Position numbers and translations under genes: made by a program. A stretch of DNA of 64,000 nucleotides from contig OZ374561.1 of the NCBI GenBank assembly GCA_977862235.1, positions 2,108,001 to 2,172,000 of the forward strand, written 5' to 3'. The stretch comes from Dudresnaya verticillata. Taxonomy: Eukaryota. Below the pieces are notes generated by a model that ran no database searches, had not been told where the DNA came from, and saw only the letters and a program-made list of their open reading frames with translations. Of the stretch, positions 44,800 to 56,383 are shown in pieces; positions within the stretch are counted from its first letter, which is position 1; each line of letters begins with the position of its first letter.

Positions 44800-45744
44800 A
44801 TGCCCGCCGCCCGTCCGTCCGCGCTCGCGGCCGCACTCTCCACGGGCGACCTCCCGGCCGCGGTGCACCACCTCCGCGCGGCCGGCGCGCTCTCGCCGTC
44901 GCTAACCGCGCCTTCCACCCACGCCGCGCTGCAATCCGCAGACGCCGCGCACTACTCGTCCACGCTCGCGCTGCTGCGCGCCACGGTCCCGCTGCTCAAG
45001 CTGCCGTCCGCGGCGGACGCGCACCTGCCGCCCGACGCGGCGGCCACGGTGCGGCGCGCGGTGGCCGCGGTCGTCGCGGCGCGCCACCTCGTCCCGCCGC
45101 CGTGCCCGTCGCCGCCGCCGCGCCTGCCGCCGTCGCTGCTGGACGACGCGTCATCCGCGCTGGCGCAGGCCGCGGCCGCGGACGCGGAGGAGACGGCGGA
45201 TGCGTGGAACCGCGCCGTGCCGGACCATCTGTGCGCGGCTGCCGCGGAGGACCTGCCGCGCTGCGTGGCGCGCGCGCGCGAGGAGACGGCCGCGCTGCGC
45301 CGCGCGGCTGCGGCGGACCGCGCCGCGGCGCGCGTCCTGCGCCGCAAGGCTGTCGAGCTGCATGAGCGTGCTGTGCGCGCCGCGCTCGCGGCGGCGGAGA
45401 TGGACGTTGCGGAGCGCGCCGATGGCGGTGGCGCGGAGAGTGCGCGCGTCGAGCTGCTTGACGCGCGCGAGCGCGCGACGGCGGCAAAGCTGCGGTTGCA
45501 GCGCGCGGAGATTGCGAAGGAGGTTTACACCGAGGAGAATGTGGCTGCATTGAGGACGGTTTTGGAGGAGCTGGAGAGACGCGAGGCTGAGTTGGAGGAG
45601 CGGTTGCGCGTGGCGGAGGCAAAGTTGAACGAGTATCGAGCGCTTGGTATTCCGTTTGAGCAGTTGGTGGATCGGATTGAGGAGAGACACAAGGTGCTGG
45701 AGGAGAAGCTTTGGTCGAGAGACGAGCTGCTTGGGCGGCAATAG
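44800..45744 (+). CDS. HAUS4: HAUS augmin-like complex subunit 4
   Basis: The C-terminal segment KLRLQRAEIAKEVYTEENVAALRTV...LNEYRALGIPFEQLV...EEKLW matches the HAUS4/AUG4 pattern. ATG at 44800. Confidence 0.8.
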   Translation: MPAARPSALAAALSTGDLPAAVHHLRAAGALSPSLTAPSTHAALQSADAAHYSSTLALLRATVPLLKLPSAADAHLPPDAAATVRRAVAAVVAARHLVPPPCPSPPPRLPPSLLDDASSALAQAAAADAEETADAWNRAVPDHLCAAAAEDLPRCVARAREETAALRRAAAADRAAARVLRRKAVELHERAVRAALAAAEMDVAERADGGGAESARVELLDARERATAAKLRLQRAEIAKEVYTEENVAALRTVLEELERREAELEERLRVAEAKLNEYRALGIPFEQLVDRIEERHKVLEEKLWSRDELLGRQ

Positions 45745-45937
45745 CGCGATGCGGAGCGCGTGGAGCTTTAAAAACATGAGCCACTGTGCCCAACACGTAC
45801 TAACCAACCAACCAACAACCTTTTTCATGTATGTGCAGGCGCCATGCGCCGGAGGCGGATTGAAGGAAAGGGTGGCAGCATGCAAATGGCACACGGCCCC
45901 AACTCCCGGAAAACCGTCGCAAGACTCAACACTCGTG

Positions 45938-47312
45938 CTAGCACATCACCCTCGTGAAGCGCTGCGTATTGTCCGCGTCGCGGACGGCCCGGAATCGCCG
46001 CGAACTCAGCGCTTGCAGGTCAAACCGTGCCAGCTCGTCCTGCCCCAGCGCCGGCGAGCAAACATAGAACACAGCGCACACTGTCTCTGCGACCCACTCC
46101 ACATGCTGCTCGCTCGATTGGCATGTCACTGCTGGCCATGGCCCGTTGGTCACCGCTGACCGCATCCGCTTCACATACAAGTCGCCCTGCTCCTGCCGCT
46201 CGTCCGGCTTTGGCAACTGGGAACCGGTCTGCGGTGACCGTACCGTCGAGCTAGACTCATCCCCTCTTGTCCTATACCAATGCATCCGCGCGCGCCCATA
46301 AAGGTTCTTTGTAATGAACAGCCCGCCCTGGTCCGCCTTGAATATCTGCAACTTTGTGCCAGGCCCAAAGACGAAGAAGCCCATGGAGAAGCCCTCTTCT
46401 CCGGCTATGCGGTAGTTGGACGGCTGCGACACGGCGTTGAGGAACATGGGCACAAGACCCAGTTCGGTTGGACGCATGGCGTCGACGAGGTCAATCATCG
46501 ATTGCGGCGGTTTGGGCAGTTGTTTGGAGCGCGGGCTGAGGCGCATGGCCTCCCGCAATTGAGTAGCATAGGCGCGCGCTGCGCTGTACAGATGCCACAG
46601 CGCGCAGCGTGGAGAGATGAAGGCATGCGGGCGCGGCGGGTCCATGACGACCTGCGTGCAGGGCCAGACCGCGGGTGCTGACGGCGGTGTCTTCGACGAT
46701 GACGCATTCTTGGAGGACGGTTGCGGCAGCGTGGGCAACTGCAGCGACGACGGCGATGGAGCCTCTATACTCAGAGCTGAGGCGGGGCTGTGGCGGCGGA
46801 ACTTGCGGATGGTATCGAGCTCGGCGAGCTGGGCTTCTGTGCTGAGGATGAGCTTTCGCACCGTGTCCGAGAGGAAGAATGGGGTGATGAGGACTGTTTT
46901 CAGATATATGTTGCGCAAGTTGAGCCCGGTCTTCTTGTCATGCTTCTTGAGAATCTTGCGAAAGCCGGTATAGTTGACAGTGGAGAAGTTTTCCAGCAGC
47001 ACCAACTCGCCATGAAAGTTGGTAAGACGCTGCCTCAAGCGATTAATCTCGGTGCGTGTCGGGCGACCAGGCACAAGATTCTCATGGACCTTTGCGGAAA
47101 GCTGGTGATGCTCGATAATATAGTCCTCCTGCTTGTCCAGAAAAAAGTCGTTAACCTTATCAACCTCGAGTCTGAAGCGCGCAAAGAAGTGGTGATGCGT
47201 GCGCGTGGCATCGCGCACAACGCCTTCGTCGCGCAGCTTCTGCGCGGGCTCGTCCCAGCAAATACGCGCGGCGGCGGCGGGGCGGTCGGGGTCCGAGTCG
47301 TGGTCGTCGTCG

Positions 47313-47344
<32 letters not shown>

Positions 47345-47506
47345 CTTACTCGCCGAATCCCTGCTCTCGACATCGGCGACACCGGGCGCGGTCGCGCGCA
47401 GGCGCGGAGCGATGCACTTCTTCAGGTCCTTGTAGCTCATGAACATGGGGCGCCATTCCTCGTACGACGTGTCGACGGTGGCGCGCAGCTTCTTGCCAAA
47501 CTTCAT
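45938..47506 (-). CDS. SPX-domain protein with a C-terminal degenerate PCO/ADO-like cupin domain
   Basis: SPX motifs MKFGKKL, YKDLKK, EVDKVNDFF and LENFSTVNYTGFRKILKKHDK. C-terminal motifs LVDAMRPTELGL, GFSMGFFVFGPG, KNLYGRARM and AETVCAVFYVCSP. Confidence 0.9.
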
Positions 47507-50044
47507 CTTCTCTCCAGCGAGGCGGCGGGGACGCGGCGCGGCGCGCGTGGTCAGCGGCGGCGGCGCGTCATGTACGCGGGGTGCGGCGCGGCACGGGGCG
47601 GGGCAGGCGGCAGGAGGCGGGCGGGCGCGCGGGCGAGACGGAGGAAGGGAACGGGAGGGAGGGAGGAAGGAAGGGTGGGCGGCGGCGGGACAGCGGCGCG
47701 CGTCCGTCGCGACTCTCGAGATGTGGCGGACACAGCGTGCGCGGAGTAATCACAAGTTGCGCGGCACGCTCGGTTGAACGGCTGCAGTAGGTTGGGAGTG
47801 GGGCGAAACATGCGTGCCACTGCGCGATATGCGAATAAGGAATGTGCGGGCGACAAGCCGTGGCCCGCGTAAGTGGTGAGCGATGTGGCGCTCGTTCCTC
47901 GATACTGGACTACAGTAAGAATACTAAATACGGTTGAATGTTGCCAAACTTGGCCGCGCAGAGCAGGCGCTACGCTACAGCCGCAGGCTTGTTTTCTACA
48001 GATTCGCCAATGCGATAAGCGAGCATGACCGCGCGCGCGTCCAAGATAGTCTCATATCGAGGATGTCATGATTTTGCCAGCTGTACAAAAACAAGCCGCA
48101 GCGCTGCAGCCGTGCGAAGCGGTGCGAAGCGGGGCGCAGACAGCAGCGCCTGCTGCATCGCAGTCCGTTGGCAAGCCGCGTTTGTCGCAGGCAGGCAGGC
48201 AGGCACAGCACCACAGGCTCAAAAGCAAGCCGGGCGAGGTGGCGACATGACGGGCACTGCGCACTTGCGAGGGCGGCAAGCTGTGCCACTTGCGCCGAGG
48301 GCGCCAAGCTGTGTGTGCCACTTGCGCAACGCGCCCGCCGCGCAGTGGCACGGCGTGTACCCCGCCAGCACACATGAGCCGTGATCAAGCGAAAAGACTT
48401 GCTGTTCGCGGGCGCGCGAGCGGACACGATGGCGGCAGGCGTCGCCGTTGCTGAGGCGCGGGGGAAAAAGTTTTGGCGCGTCGGGCAGCAGCAATGTGAT
48501 GTAGCAATGTGGCTGCGCTGTTGCGGCAGCAAGCAGCAGCTGAGGAAGGCGGAAAATGTCTTTTTCCCTTCGCCAACTCGGTCAGGACATGGACACCAAC
48601 ACACTATCCGCCTCGCGCATGACGTCGCGGACTGGACTGACGGCGGTTGGCGGGCGGAACGCCGCGCCGCACCAGCGCGCAGCCATCGCACGTCGCGAGA
48701 CGCCCCATGACACTTGTAGCATGACGGCAGGCAAAAACGGAGCAATAACAACGCGCCAGCCGCGCGCCGAAATACCGTGACCGCGAGGGGCACCGCCACT
48801 CTGAGAGAGACCGTCGCATATTGTGCGTCGTCCGCGTGCGCATCGTCACGCTGTCCCGCGCGCTGTCACGCGCGCCCGATGACATCGCCGGCAGGCGCCG
48901 CACAGCAGTGGCAGCTGTGCGTTGTCTCGCTGCGAGCCTCTCCGCGCGCGACCAGTCGCGAATCGCAGCCTCCACAGCTGTGGCCGTGACAAGGCGCGCC
49001 GCCGCGGCGCGACGGACAGCGCGTGGCCGGGCCCCCGGAGAATCTCGCGCGCTCGACAATGCCGGAGATCTTTGCTTTAAAATTAGCCGCGTCGCGTCGC
49101 GTGACCGCTCGGTCGCCACGCGCAACGTGTCACACGCAGACGCGCCGCGGCGCTGGTTCCGGCGCTGTAAGGCCGGCGCGCGTGACAGCGCGCGGCCGGC
49201 CGGCGCGGGAAAGCGTGCCATGCGCCGCGCCGCCCCCGGCACGCGCAATTCGGTAAAATCAACGCGACAAAAACACCGCGCGCAAAGGCACACAGCTGGT
49301 GACCACGCGCTGGGCGCCGCCACCCAAGCGGGCGCCAGTGGCGCTTCCGATCGCAACAGGGAGCGCAGCGTCGCCGCGCGCCTTCCGCTGCCGCGCCCGC
49401 GCCCGCGCCAGCAACACCAGCGCCGCCACAACCCCGCCCGCGCCCGCCCGCCCGCCGGTGCCACCCACGCACCCACCCACCCACGCACGCACGCACCCAC
49501 CCACGCGCGCGCCCCAGCCGCACCCACGACTCGCGCGCGCCGCCCGCCGCAACACGCTGTCGCACCGCGCGTCCGCGCCTACCTGCGCCTGCGCCGCGCA
49601 AGCGCGTCGCCGCGACATAAGCGCGCGCGCGCACCCGCCCGCCGCCCGCCCGCGCGCGCACACCACACCACGCAAGCGCAACGCGCCGCCACGCCGCCGC
49701 CGCGCCCCGCGCCGCCACGCCGCCGCCGCGCCCCGCACGGCCCCTGCCGCCGCCCCGCCCGCCGCCGCCCCGCGCAACGTCCGCGCCGCCCCGAAACGCA
49801 ACACGCTGCCCGCCCCTCCCCTGCCCGCCCCGCCCCGCCCGGCCCCGCCCCGCCCCGCCCCGCCTCGCTGCGCCTCGCTGCGCAACCACCGCCCCGGCCT
49901 CCAGCGCGCGCCGCGCGGGAGGAAACAGAAACACCAACACCAACCCGAACAACAGTAACAACAACAAACACAACGCTCGTCGTCGTCGTCGTCGCCGTCA
50001 CCGTCGCCGTCACCGTCGCCGTCGCCGTCGTACCCCACCCTGCC

Positions 50045-51367
50045 ATGGCCGCGCGCGCCTCATCCGCGCCGCGCACCCGCCGCGCCGCTGCCGCCGCCAC
50101 AGCCGCCGCCGCCGCCTCGCCGTCCTTCCGCGCGCCGCGCCTGGCGCAGACCCTGCCGGCGCACGAGCACGCCAAGGTCGTGGCGGTTGCGTGGAGCCCG
50201 TCGGGCCGCTTCCTGGCGACGGCCGCGCAGCGCGGCCCTGTCAAGCTGTTCTTCGTGCTGCGCGCGCGGTCGGGCGCCGTGCACGCTCACGCCGTGCGCA
50301 CGCTGCGCGGACACACGGCAGACGTGCTGCACATGGCCTTCTCGCGCTCGGACTTTCTGCTCACGGCCGGCATGGACCGCTCGGCCCGCCTCTGGCACGC
50401 AGACACCAACCTGTGTCTGCGCCGCTTTCTCCACCCGGACATTGTTACCACCGTCGCGTTCCACCCCGTCGACGAGAACTTTGTCGTGTCCGGCGCTTGC
50501 GACGGCGTCGCGCGCATCTGGCGCCCAGCCGACCACCGCTGCGTCGCGGAGCATGACGTTGGCGCCGTCGTCACCGCCGCGGAATTCTCCCCAGACGGTC
50601 GCACCGCCTTTGTCGGCACGTACGCCGGCTCCGTCGTCGCCCTCGACGTCAAGGCCGTCGTGTCAGACACCCCGCAATCGCCCGCCAACGCGCGCCGATC
50701 ACGAAAGGACAAGCGATCTGCCTCGCCCGGCAGCTCGGACAGCTCTGGCAGCTCACGCGACGGCTCGCCCTCGGCGTCGACCGACCTACACAACATGTCA
50801 CCGCGCAGCGTCACCTCGGACGCGCTCAAGCCGGCGCCGGCGCTAGCCAAATGCGGCAGCATTGACGTGCGCCCGCGCCGAAGGCGGCGCGGAGGACCCG
50901 GAGCGCGCGTGGCGGGGCTGGCAGTGGACCCTGCTCGCGGCGACGTTGTGGTGACCGGGAGCGACTCGCGCGTGCACGTGTTGCAGTCTCAGTCTCGCAC
51001 GGACGCGCAGGTCGGCGCTCGGTTCCGCGCCGCGTCGTCCAGGAAGGCGGACGCGGTGGCCGTCAAGCTAGGCGCGTCGATGTCGCACGACGGACGGCTG
51101 CTGCTGCTCGACGCGGTCGGACCACAGCTGCGCGCTGTGGACCTTGAGCATGGGCGCGCAGTCGAGGCCGGTGGCAGGCGCAAGGAGCGAGAAGTCGGGC
51201 TTGGGGTGGAGTGCTTGGCGACGCTGGAAGGCGCCAACGTCTCGTGCGCGGCTTTTGCGACCGAGGCGGCCGTAGTGAATGCTCGAGGTGGAGAGGGAGG
51301 CAGCGGTTTTGTGGTGGCGGTTGGCGGAGATGACGGAGCGGTTAGGATTTTCGAAAACTTGGCGTAA
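50045..51367 (+). CDS. WD40-repeat protein, WDR44-like
   Basis: FLLTAGMDRSARLW...CLRRFLHPDIVTTVAFHPVDENFVVSGACDGVARIW. GCCATGG start at 50045. Confidence 0.85.
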   Translation: MAARASSAPRTRRAAAAATAAAAASPSFRAPRLAQTLPAHEHAKVVAVAWSPSGRFLATAAQRGPVKLFFVLRARSGAVHAHAVRTLRGHTADVLHMAFSRSDFLLTAGMDRSARLWHADTNLCLRRFLHPDIVTTVAFHPVDENFVVSGACDGVARIWRPADHRCVAEHDVGAVVTAAEFSPDGRTAFVGTYAGSVVALDVKAVVSDTPQSPANARRSRKDKRSASPGSSDSSGSSRDGSPSASTDLHNMSPRSVTSDALKPAPALAKCGSIDVRPRRRRRGGPGARVAGLAVDPARGDVVVTGSDSRVHVLQSQSRTDAQVGARFRAASSRKADAVAVKLGASMSHDGRLLLLDAVGPQLRAVDLEHGRAVEAGGRRKEREVGLGVECLATLEGANVSCAAFATEAAVVNARGGEGGSGFVVAVGGDDGAVRIFENLA

Positions 51368-51370
51368 GTT

Positions 51371-51392
51371 GTGTGTGTGTGTGTGTGTGTGT
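51371..51392. repeat. (GT)11 microsatellite in the 3' UTR
   Basis: Seen directly in the sequence. Confidence 0.95.
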
Positions 51393-51887
51393 ATAGGAAG
51401 TAGATCTGTAGGTAGGTGGGGATGGTGTTGTAAAGCAGTGCCGCCCGCGGTGGTTTGAGAGAGTTGCAAGGGATTGATGAAGCGCGATCGATCCAGCAAA
51501 GAATGAGCACAACGTCGGGCGATAGATGCTCGCCACTTGGCACCCCCCTGTTGGCCATCGCGCCGCCGCATTCCCATTGGCACACTTGGGCCGCGTCAGT
51601 GCCGCAGAGCGCCGTGCTTACAGCAGTGGCGCCTGTCAGCCGCCCGTCACGGGGCATCCGCGCGCGGACTGGACACGGACCACCGCTTTGCAGTCTGCGC
51701 CGCCCTCAATCGCCTGCGGCCGGTCGTCGCCCGCCTCCGACCCGCCGCGCCCAATTCCTGAAATTGGCCACGTCCTGCCGCAACGCGCCACATCTCCGCC
51801 CGCCCGCCGCCGCCGTCTCACCCCGCATCTCGCCGCCGCGCCCGCCAAAACGCTGTCCGCGCGCGCGCCCGCGACGCGCGCCGCGGC

Positions 51888-52973
51888 ATGAATCGCGCCG
51901 CGTACGCGCGCCATGCCACCAGCCCGCGCCGCCCGCCCATGGTCGTCGCGTCGGCCAAGCGCGGCCACGAGCCGCCGCCGCCGCCGCCGCCGCACCCGCC
52001 GCCGCCGCGCGACGACGCCGACGCGCGCACGCAGCTCACGCAGTTCGGCGCCGGCGCGCTCGCGGGCCTCGTCAACACGCTCGTGCTCTCCCCGCTCGAC
52101 GTCGTCAAGACCCGCCTGCAGGTCCAGGGCTCGGGATCCGGCGCCGCTGCCACGCAGTATCGCGGCTTGTTCCATGCCCTCCGCTCCATGCTGCGCGAGG
52201 AGGGGCTGTGGAGCTACTACCGTGGCCTGTCTGCAAGTTTGTGGGCCTTTGTCCCCAACTGGGCTATTTATTGGTACACTTACGAGAGCTTCAAGCGTGT
52301 ATACGCCCGCAAGGGCTCGCGGCCTACCCCGTTTGTCCACGTCATGAGCGCGCTCAGCGCCGGGGGTATTACCGCCGTCACCACCGCCCCGTTCTGGACC
52401 CTCAAGTCCCGCCTCCAGGTCGATATGACTTCGAGCACCACCCAGCGAAGGTACAAGTCGGTGCCGCACGGCTTTCGCAAGATCATAGCGGAGGAGGGCG
52501 TGTCTGGTCTGTACAAGGGGCTCACGCCGACGCTTCTGGGACTGGGCCATGTCGCCATTCAGTTCCCGTTGTACGAGCACCTCAAGTCGACGCTTTCCGG
52601 CGGTGTGTACGAGGAGGTCAAGGCGGGACATGTGCTGCTTGCATCGTCCGTGTCGAAGATCGTCGCGTCGGCCGTGTTTTACCCGCACGAGGTGCTTCGC
52701 ACACGCATTCAAATCGACCGCACCGTGGCCAGAACGGCTATCGAGCCGACCAGAATGGCACGCCTGGTTAAGGAGATTTTGCGGAAAGACGGTGCCAAGG
52801 GGCTCTATCGCGGCTTTGGCACCAATTTGATGCGCACCGTGCCCGCGTGCATGTTGACTTTTACTTCGTATGAGCTTGCCAAGAGGTATGCTGAGCGGGC
52901 GTTGAGACACCGTATGCAAATCGACTTGGACCCCGGTTTGGACGACGCGGTGTCGAAGAAGACCGACCGATAG
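51888..52973 (+). CDS. Mitochondrial carrier family protein (NAD+/folate transporter subfamily, NDT1-like)
   Basis: Three carrier repeats (PLDVVKTRLQ, PFWTLKSRLQ, YPHEVLRTRIQ), plus PNWAIYW and HVAIQFPLYE. Confidence 0.92.
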   Translation: MNRAAYARHATSPRRPPMVVASAKRGHEPPPPPPPHPPPPRDDADARTQLTQFGAGALAGLVNTLVLSPLDVVKTRLQVQGSGSGAAATQYRGLFHALRSMLREEGLWSYYRGLSASLWAFVPNWAIYWYTYESFKRVYARKGSRPTPFVHVMSALSAGGITAVTTAPFWTLKSRLQVDMTSSTTQRRYKSVPHGFRKIIAEEGVSGLYKGLTPTLLGLGHVAIQFPLYEHLKSTLSGGVYEEVKAGHVLLASSVSKIVASAVFYPHEVLRTRIQIDRTVARTAIEPTRMARLVKEILRKDGAKGLYRGFGTNLMRTVPACMLTFTSYELAKRYAERALRHRMQIDLDPGLDDAVSKKTDR

Positions 52974-53229
52974 CAAAGGTGATACCTGGTGACACGCGGC
53001 GGATACGACAGGCGGCGCGGGAGATCAGGCAGTATGGGCGCCAATGCCGGGGGGTTGCTGGGGGAGATTTTGTACTGTATGGAAGACGTAGACTTGCACA
53101 GACCAAGGAAAACTCAAAAAAGGGAAACAAGCAGAGCAATGCTCCAAACATGACTATGACGTCTTTACTCTCACCGAGCGCAGCGCGCACACAACACATC
53201 AACAGCAACGACACACGCAACCAACACGT

Positions 53230-53736
53230 TTACCGCCCGCGGTTAAGAGCACGATCAACCTCAGAAAACTGTTGCGCAAGCCTCTTCTTCCTCTTCTCCG
53301 GCACGGGATAGGCGCTTCCATAGCTCGCATAGTGTCCGCTAAGCGTGTTGATAGCCGTGTATAGCGTAGAGAAGCTGGTGCTACCAGAAACCTTTTCGTT
53401 CCGACGGTACAGCGCGACAAAGTCATTCATCTCCTTGCGCGTGCGACCGACGACGTCAGCCATACCGGGCGACCCGCGCACGAGCTCGCACGCGGCGCGC
53501 ATGTCGGTCAGGACCAGGTCGGCGTCGGTCTTGTAGTCGCCGCTCATGGAGCCGCGGCCGGCGGACGCCGGGCGCGGTAGCAGCGGGGCCAGAGCGGCGG
53601 CCACGCCGGCCGAGAGCACTGCGCGGCGCGTCGGGGTCGATCGCGACATGGTGGGGCCGCGGCGCGGCGACACGCGGCCTGCGCGCGCGGTCGGCGGCTG
53701 CAGCGCGGCTGCGGTGGCGAAGGCGGGGAGAGTCAT
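53230..53736 (-). CDS. psb27: Photosystem II assembly factor Psb27 (bipartite transit peptide, twin-Arg)
   Basis: TRRAVL...PASA lumen signal, then FVALYRR...SFSTLYTAINTLSGHYASYG..YPVPEKRKKRL...ALNRGR. Confidence 0.93.
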   Translation of the reverse strand: MTLPAFATAAALQPPTARAGRVSPRRGPTMSRSTPTRRAVLSAGVAAALAPLLPRPASAGRGSMSGDYKTDADLVLTDMRAACELVRGSPGMADVVGRTRKEMNDFVALYRRNEKVSGSTSFSTLYTAINTLSGHYASYGSAYPVPEKRKKRLAQQFSEVDRALNRGR

Positions 53737-54268
53737 GGTTGCGTTTCGATGCGGCCGGGCGCGACGGTGGTGAGGGAATGGAGAGCACGGGTTGGGAGGT
53801 GACGCGCCGGTGGTGACGGCGGGGGTGCGCCTGGGCGCGGAAGGAATGGAGCCGGGCGCGATTGCGGTTGGCGCCGCAAGCAGCAGCGGATGGCTGGCAG
53901 CAAACGCGGTGACGGCTCGCGAGCTCAGGTGATCGGTGAAGCGCGTTGCCGCGTGTAATTATTGTCTGTAAAGTGGGCCGATGGATCCCGCTTGTGGGGG
54001 CAGAACATTTCAACGCATGGTGGTGGCCTTTTGGCCTTCCTGCTTTGAGAAGAGGGCAGTATCTTACCTTGAAGGTAGTCTTTCTCAATTACCAATCTCG
54101 CTACGGCAAGTTCACGTTCCGCCCGGTTCGCATTATCTATCTTATCCGATCCTCTGCGCGAGGCCTGTCAAAAACATTGAGAGAGGAGCACCATGGTGTT
54201 ACACAATTCACAACAAGCGAGCCTCTCGCCTACACGCTCTAACATCATGGTGGACGACCCACCCACTC

Positions 54269-56383
54269 CTACCGCATCACTACATCGTTGTCGATGCGCT
54301 CCCAATCCCAAAGCTGTAGCTCCGCCGACTCTCCGCATTCCTTCATCCTGAGGCTGACGGGGCTCTTACTGTCCTGCTCCGGCACCTGCGCCACCGTGAG
54401 GCACTTACCGCCGCCCATCACACGCACCCCGTCGCTGTCCCTCACGCGCTCCATGTGCCACGTCTGCGACGGCGCTCGCCCATCCGAACATCTATTCTTG
54501 GTCAACCGCTCGTCCGAGTCCCGTGTCAGACACCCGTCTAGGAGCAGCCCGCCCGACATCACCATCCCCTTCTTAGTATACACCACCGACTGGCTCCCGC
54601 TCTGATAGTGGCATGGATACACTCCAAACGGCATTCCATTGCCCTTGTGGTGCAGATGGTCCAGACATGCCTGCGACTTGTTGTTGCGCAAGAACCCTGA
54701 CGCTGGGAATGACACCGATACCTTCCCGTCCCTACCCTTAGGCGGCCCTAGGAGCTTGTCTGCCGATTTGAGCATCTCCGGGTACACGTTTTCCAGGTAC
54801 CATCTGTACGGCTTGCACTGCAGCCGCTTCTTAATGTCCTCGTAGTGCTTCATAGAGCCCTTCGGGAGCCCAATCTCCGCGGGTGGTCTTGACAACGATG
54901 ACAACTGCGCGTACTCGTCCATCCAAAAGCTCGCCCGCTCCTTGTTCCGAGCTATCACCTCGCCGGGCACCTTGTACACCTGCCCCTGCCAATACTTTGA
55001 CGATCGGAACACATGCCCTACGCGCGAGCACGGCATGCACTCCAGAGTCCCGCCGCACAACCAAATGCGGAAGCTGATTTCCATCTCCTCCCCGCCCCAC
55101 AGCTTCATTTCCGGGTCGTAAAAGCCCAGCTCATCAAAGAACCGTCGCGAAAGCGATAGCAATCCTCCAGCCATGATTGGTGACCTCATCGGTTCCGTGC
55201 TGGAGGAGGCGTACTTGTTGGAAATACCAGTCTGCCCCAGGCCCCAGGTATGCCCAAGGATGTCGATCCCGCCTGCATTGTACTTGAAGGAATCCGCATC
55301 GATGCTGTCAATCACGGGAACCACAACGGGATTGACCCCATCTCGCTCGCCCTCCGCAATGCGCCCCATAAGGGGTTCAATCCATCCAGCATTCACTTCA
55401 ATGTGGCTGTCCAGAAATGTCACCGTTTCGCCAGTAGCCAGACTAGCTCCAACATTCCTCGCAAGCATGAGCCCGTTGCGTCCGGTGAGCCTCGCCAGTC
55501 GGGTCTTTGGTAGCAATTGCAAGTGGCGCTCAAACTCTGCGCCCTCTGCCAGCCAGGGCGCGTCTTCGTCGCTACCATCATCTACAAGAATGATTTCGTG
55601 CAAAAGGTGGCGCGGTGTTCGGTTCAGGACAGAGTGCACGGCTCGCAGCAGTGGCGACAACGGCTCGTTGAAGAAGACAAATACAACTGAGGTGGTCGGC
55701 AACCGCAATTGGTCCTCGTCCTTAATCGCTGCCTTCACAGACACCCCCAACGCACCAGCAATACGTCCAAACATGGACCGGGAGTCAGTCGAGCCGGTGT
55801 CTCCCCCATCGCTATAGTACCACTCGCGAGAACAGGCCAGCGGCCGCACATCTGGAATATCGCGGTCCAGCGGAAGCGAATCAGACCGGACCTTATTGTA
55901 GCAGCTCTTCTCATGCGCGGCCCTCTTCATCTCAGTGGTCTCCTTCGTGAAGTCGAATGGCTTGGGCGTCCAATCCGGGACCCGTGTAAGCGGGTCATGG
56001 CCAACAAGCCAGCCATGAAAGTGTCTCTCATCGACCGAGTCCTCTAGAATTTCGTCACTAAGCTTTGACCCTCCCCGAAGAAACTGCTGCACACGGGAAA
56101 GCACAATGCGCATGACGGGAGCCGAGAAGCCATACGGGTGAGGGAGGGAGAGCTGTGGGGTGCCGACGGAGGTGGTAGCAATGACGCGCGAGGGAGTCGA
56201 ATGCGGGGTGGACGGGAAGGCGAGCAGGAGCGGGAGCACGAAGAGGGCGACGGCGCAGAGCAGCAGCGCGAGCGGCGGCAGGCGGCGCAGCGGACGCAGG
56301 CGCAGGCGCAGGGCCTTGAGGGCCTGGGCGCGCGGCTTGGGGCGCGCGCCGCGCAGCGCGAGCTTCTTGAGCATCGGCGGCAT
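54269..56383 (-). CDS. GT27 polypeptide N-acetylgalactosaminyltransferase-like protein with ricin-B lectin domain
   Basis: TM anchor, LPTTSVVFVFFNE, EIILVDD, FLDSHIE, SPIMAGGL, WGGEE and PCSRVGHVFR, then CLD..., PCH...Q and QxW lectin repeats. First ATG is at 56383. Confidence 0.93.
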   Translation of the reverse strand: MPPMLKKLALRGARPKPRAQALKALRLRLRPLRRLPPLALLLCAVALFVLPLLLAFPSTPHSTPSRVIATTSVGTPQLSLPHPYGFSAPVMRIVLSRVQQFLRGGSKLSDEILEDSVDERHFHGWLVGHDPLTRVPDWTPKPFDFTKETTEMKRAAHEKSCYNKVRSDSLPLDRDIPDVRPLACSREWYYSDGGDTGSTDSRSMFGRIAGALGVSVKAAIKDEDQLRLPTTSVVFVFFNEPLSPLLRAVHSVLNRTPRHLLHEIILVDDGSDEDAPWLAEGAEFERHLQLLPKTRLARLTGRNGLMLARNVGASLATGETVTFLDSHIEVNAGWIEPLMGRIAEGERDGVNPVVVPVIDSIDADSFKYNAGGIDILGHTWGLGQTGISNKYASSSTEPMRSPIMAGGLLSLSRRFFDELGFYDPEMKLWGGEEMEISFRIWLCGGTLECMPCSRVGHVFRSSKYWQGQVYKVPGEVIARNKERASFWMDEYAQLSSLSRPPAEIGLPKGSMKHYEDIKKRLQCKPYRWYLENVYPEMLKSADKLLGPPKGRDGKVSVSFPASGFLRNNKSQACLDHLHHKGNGMPFGVYPCHYQSGSQSVVYTKKGMVMSGGLLLDGCLTRDSDERLTKNRCSDGRAPSQTWHMERVRDSDGVRVMGGGKCLTVAQVPEQDSKSPVSLRMKECGESAELQLWDWERIDNDVVMR

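Noticed and set aside
47507..48830. P1BS (GNATATNC) phosphate-response element upstream of the SPX gene
   Set aside because: Only one-mismatch variants were seen (for example CGATATGC near 47825), with no exact site.
48821..50044. Long N-terminal extension of the 848-aa ORF, and the many overlapping Ala/Arg/Pro-rich ORFs in GC-rich zones
   Set aside because: Stop codons are rare at very high GC. The translations are low-complexity with non-ATG starts. The real WD40 protein starts at 50045.
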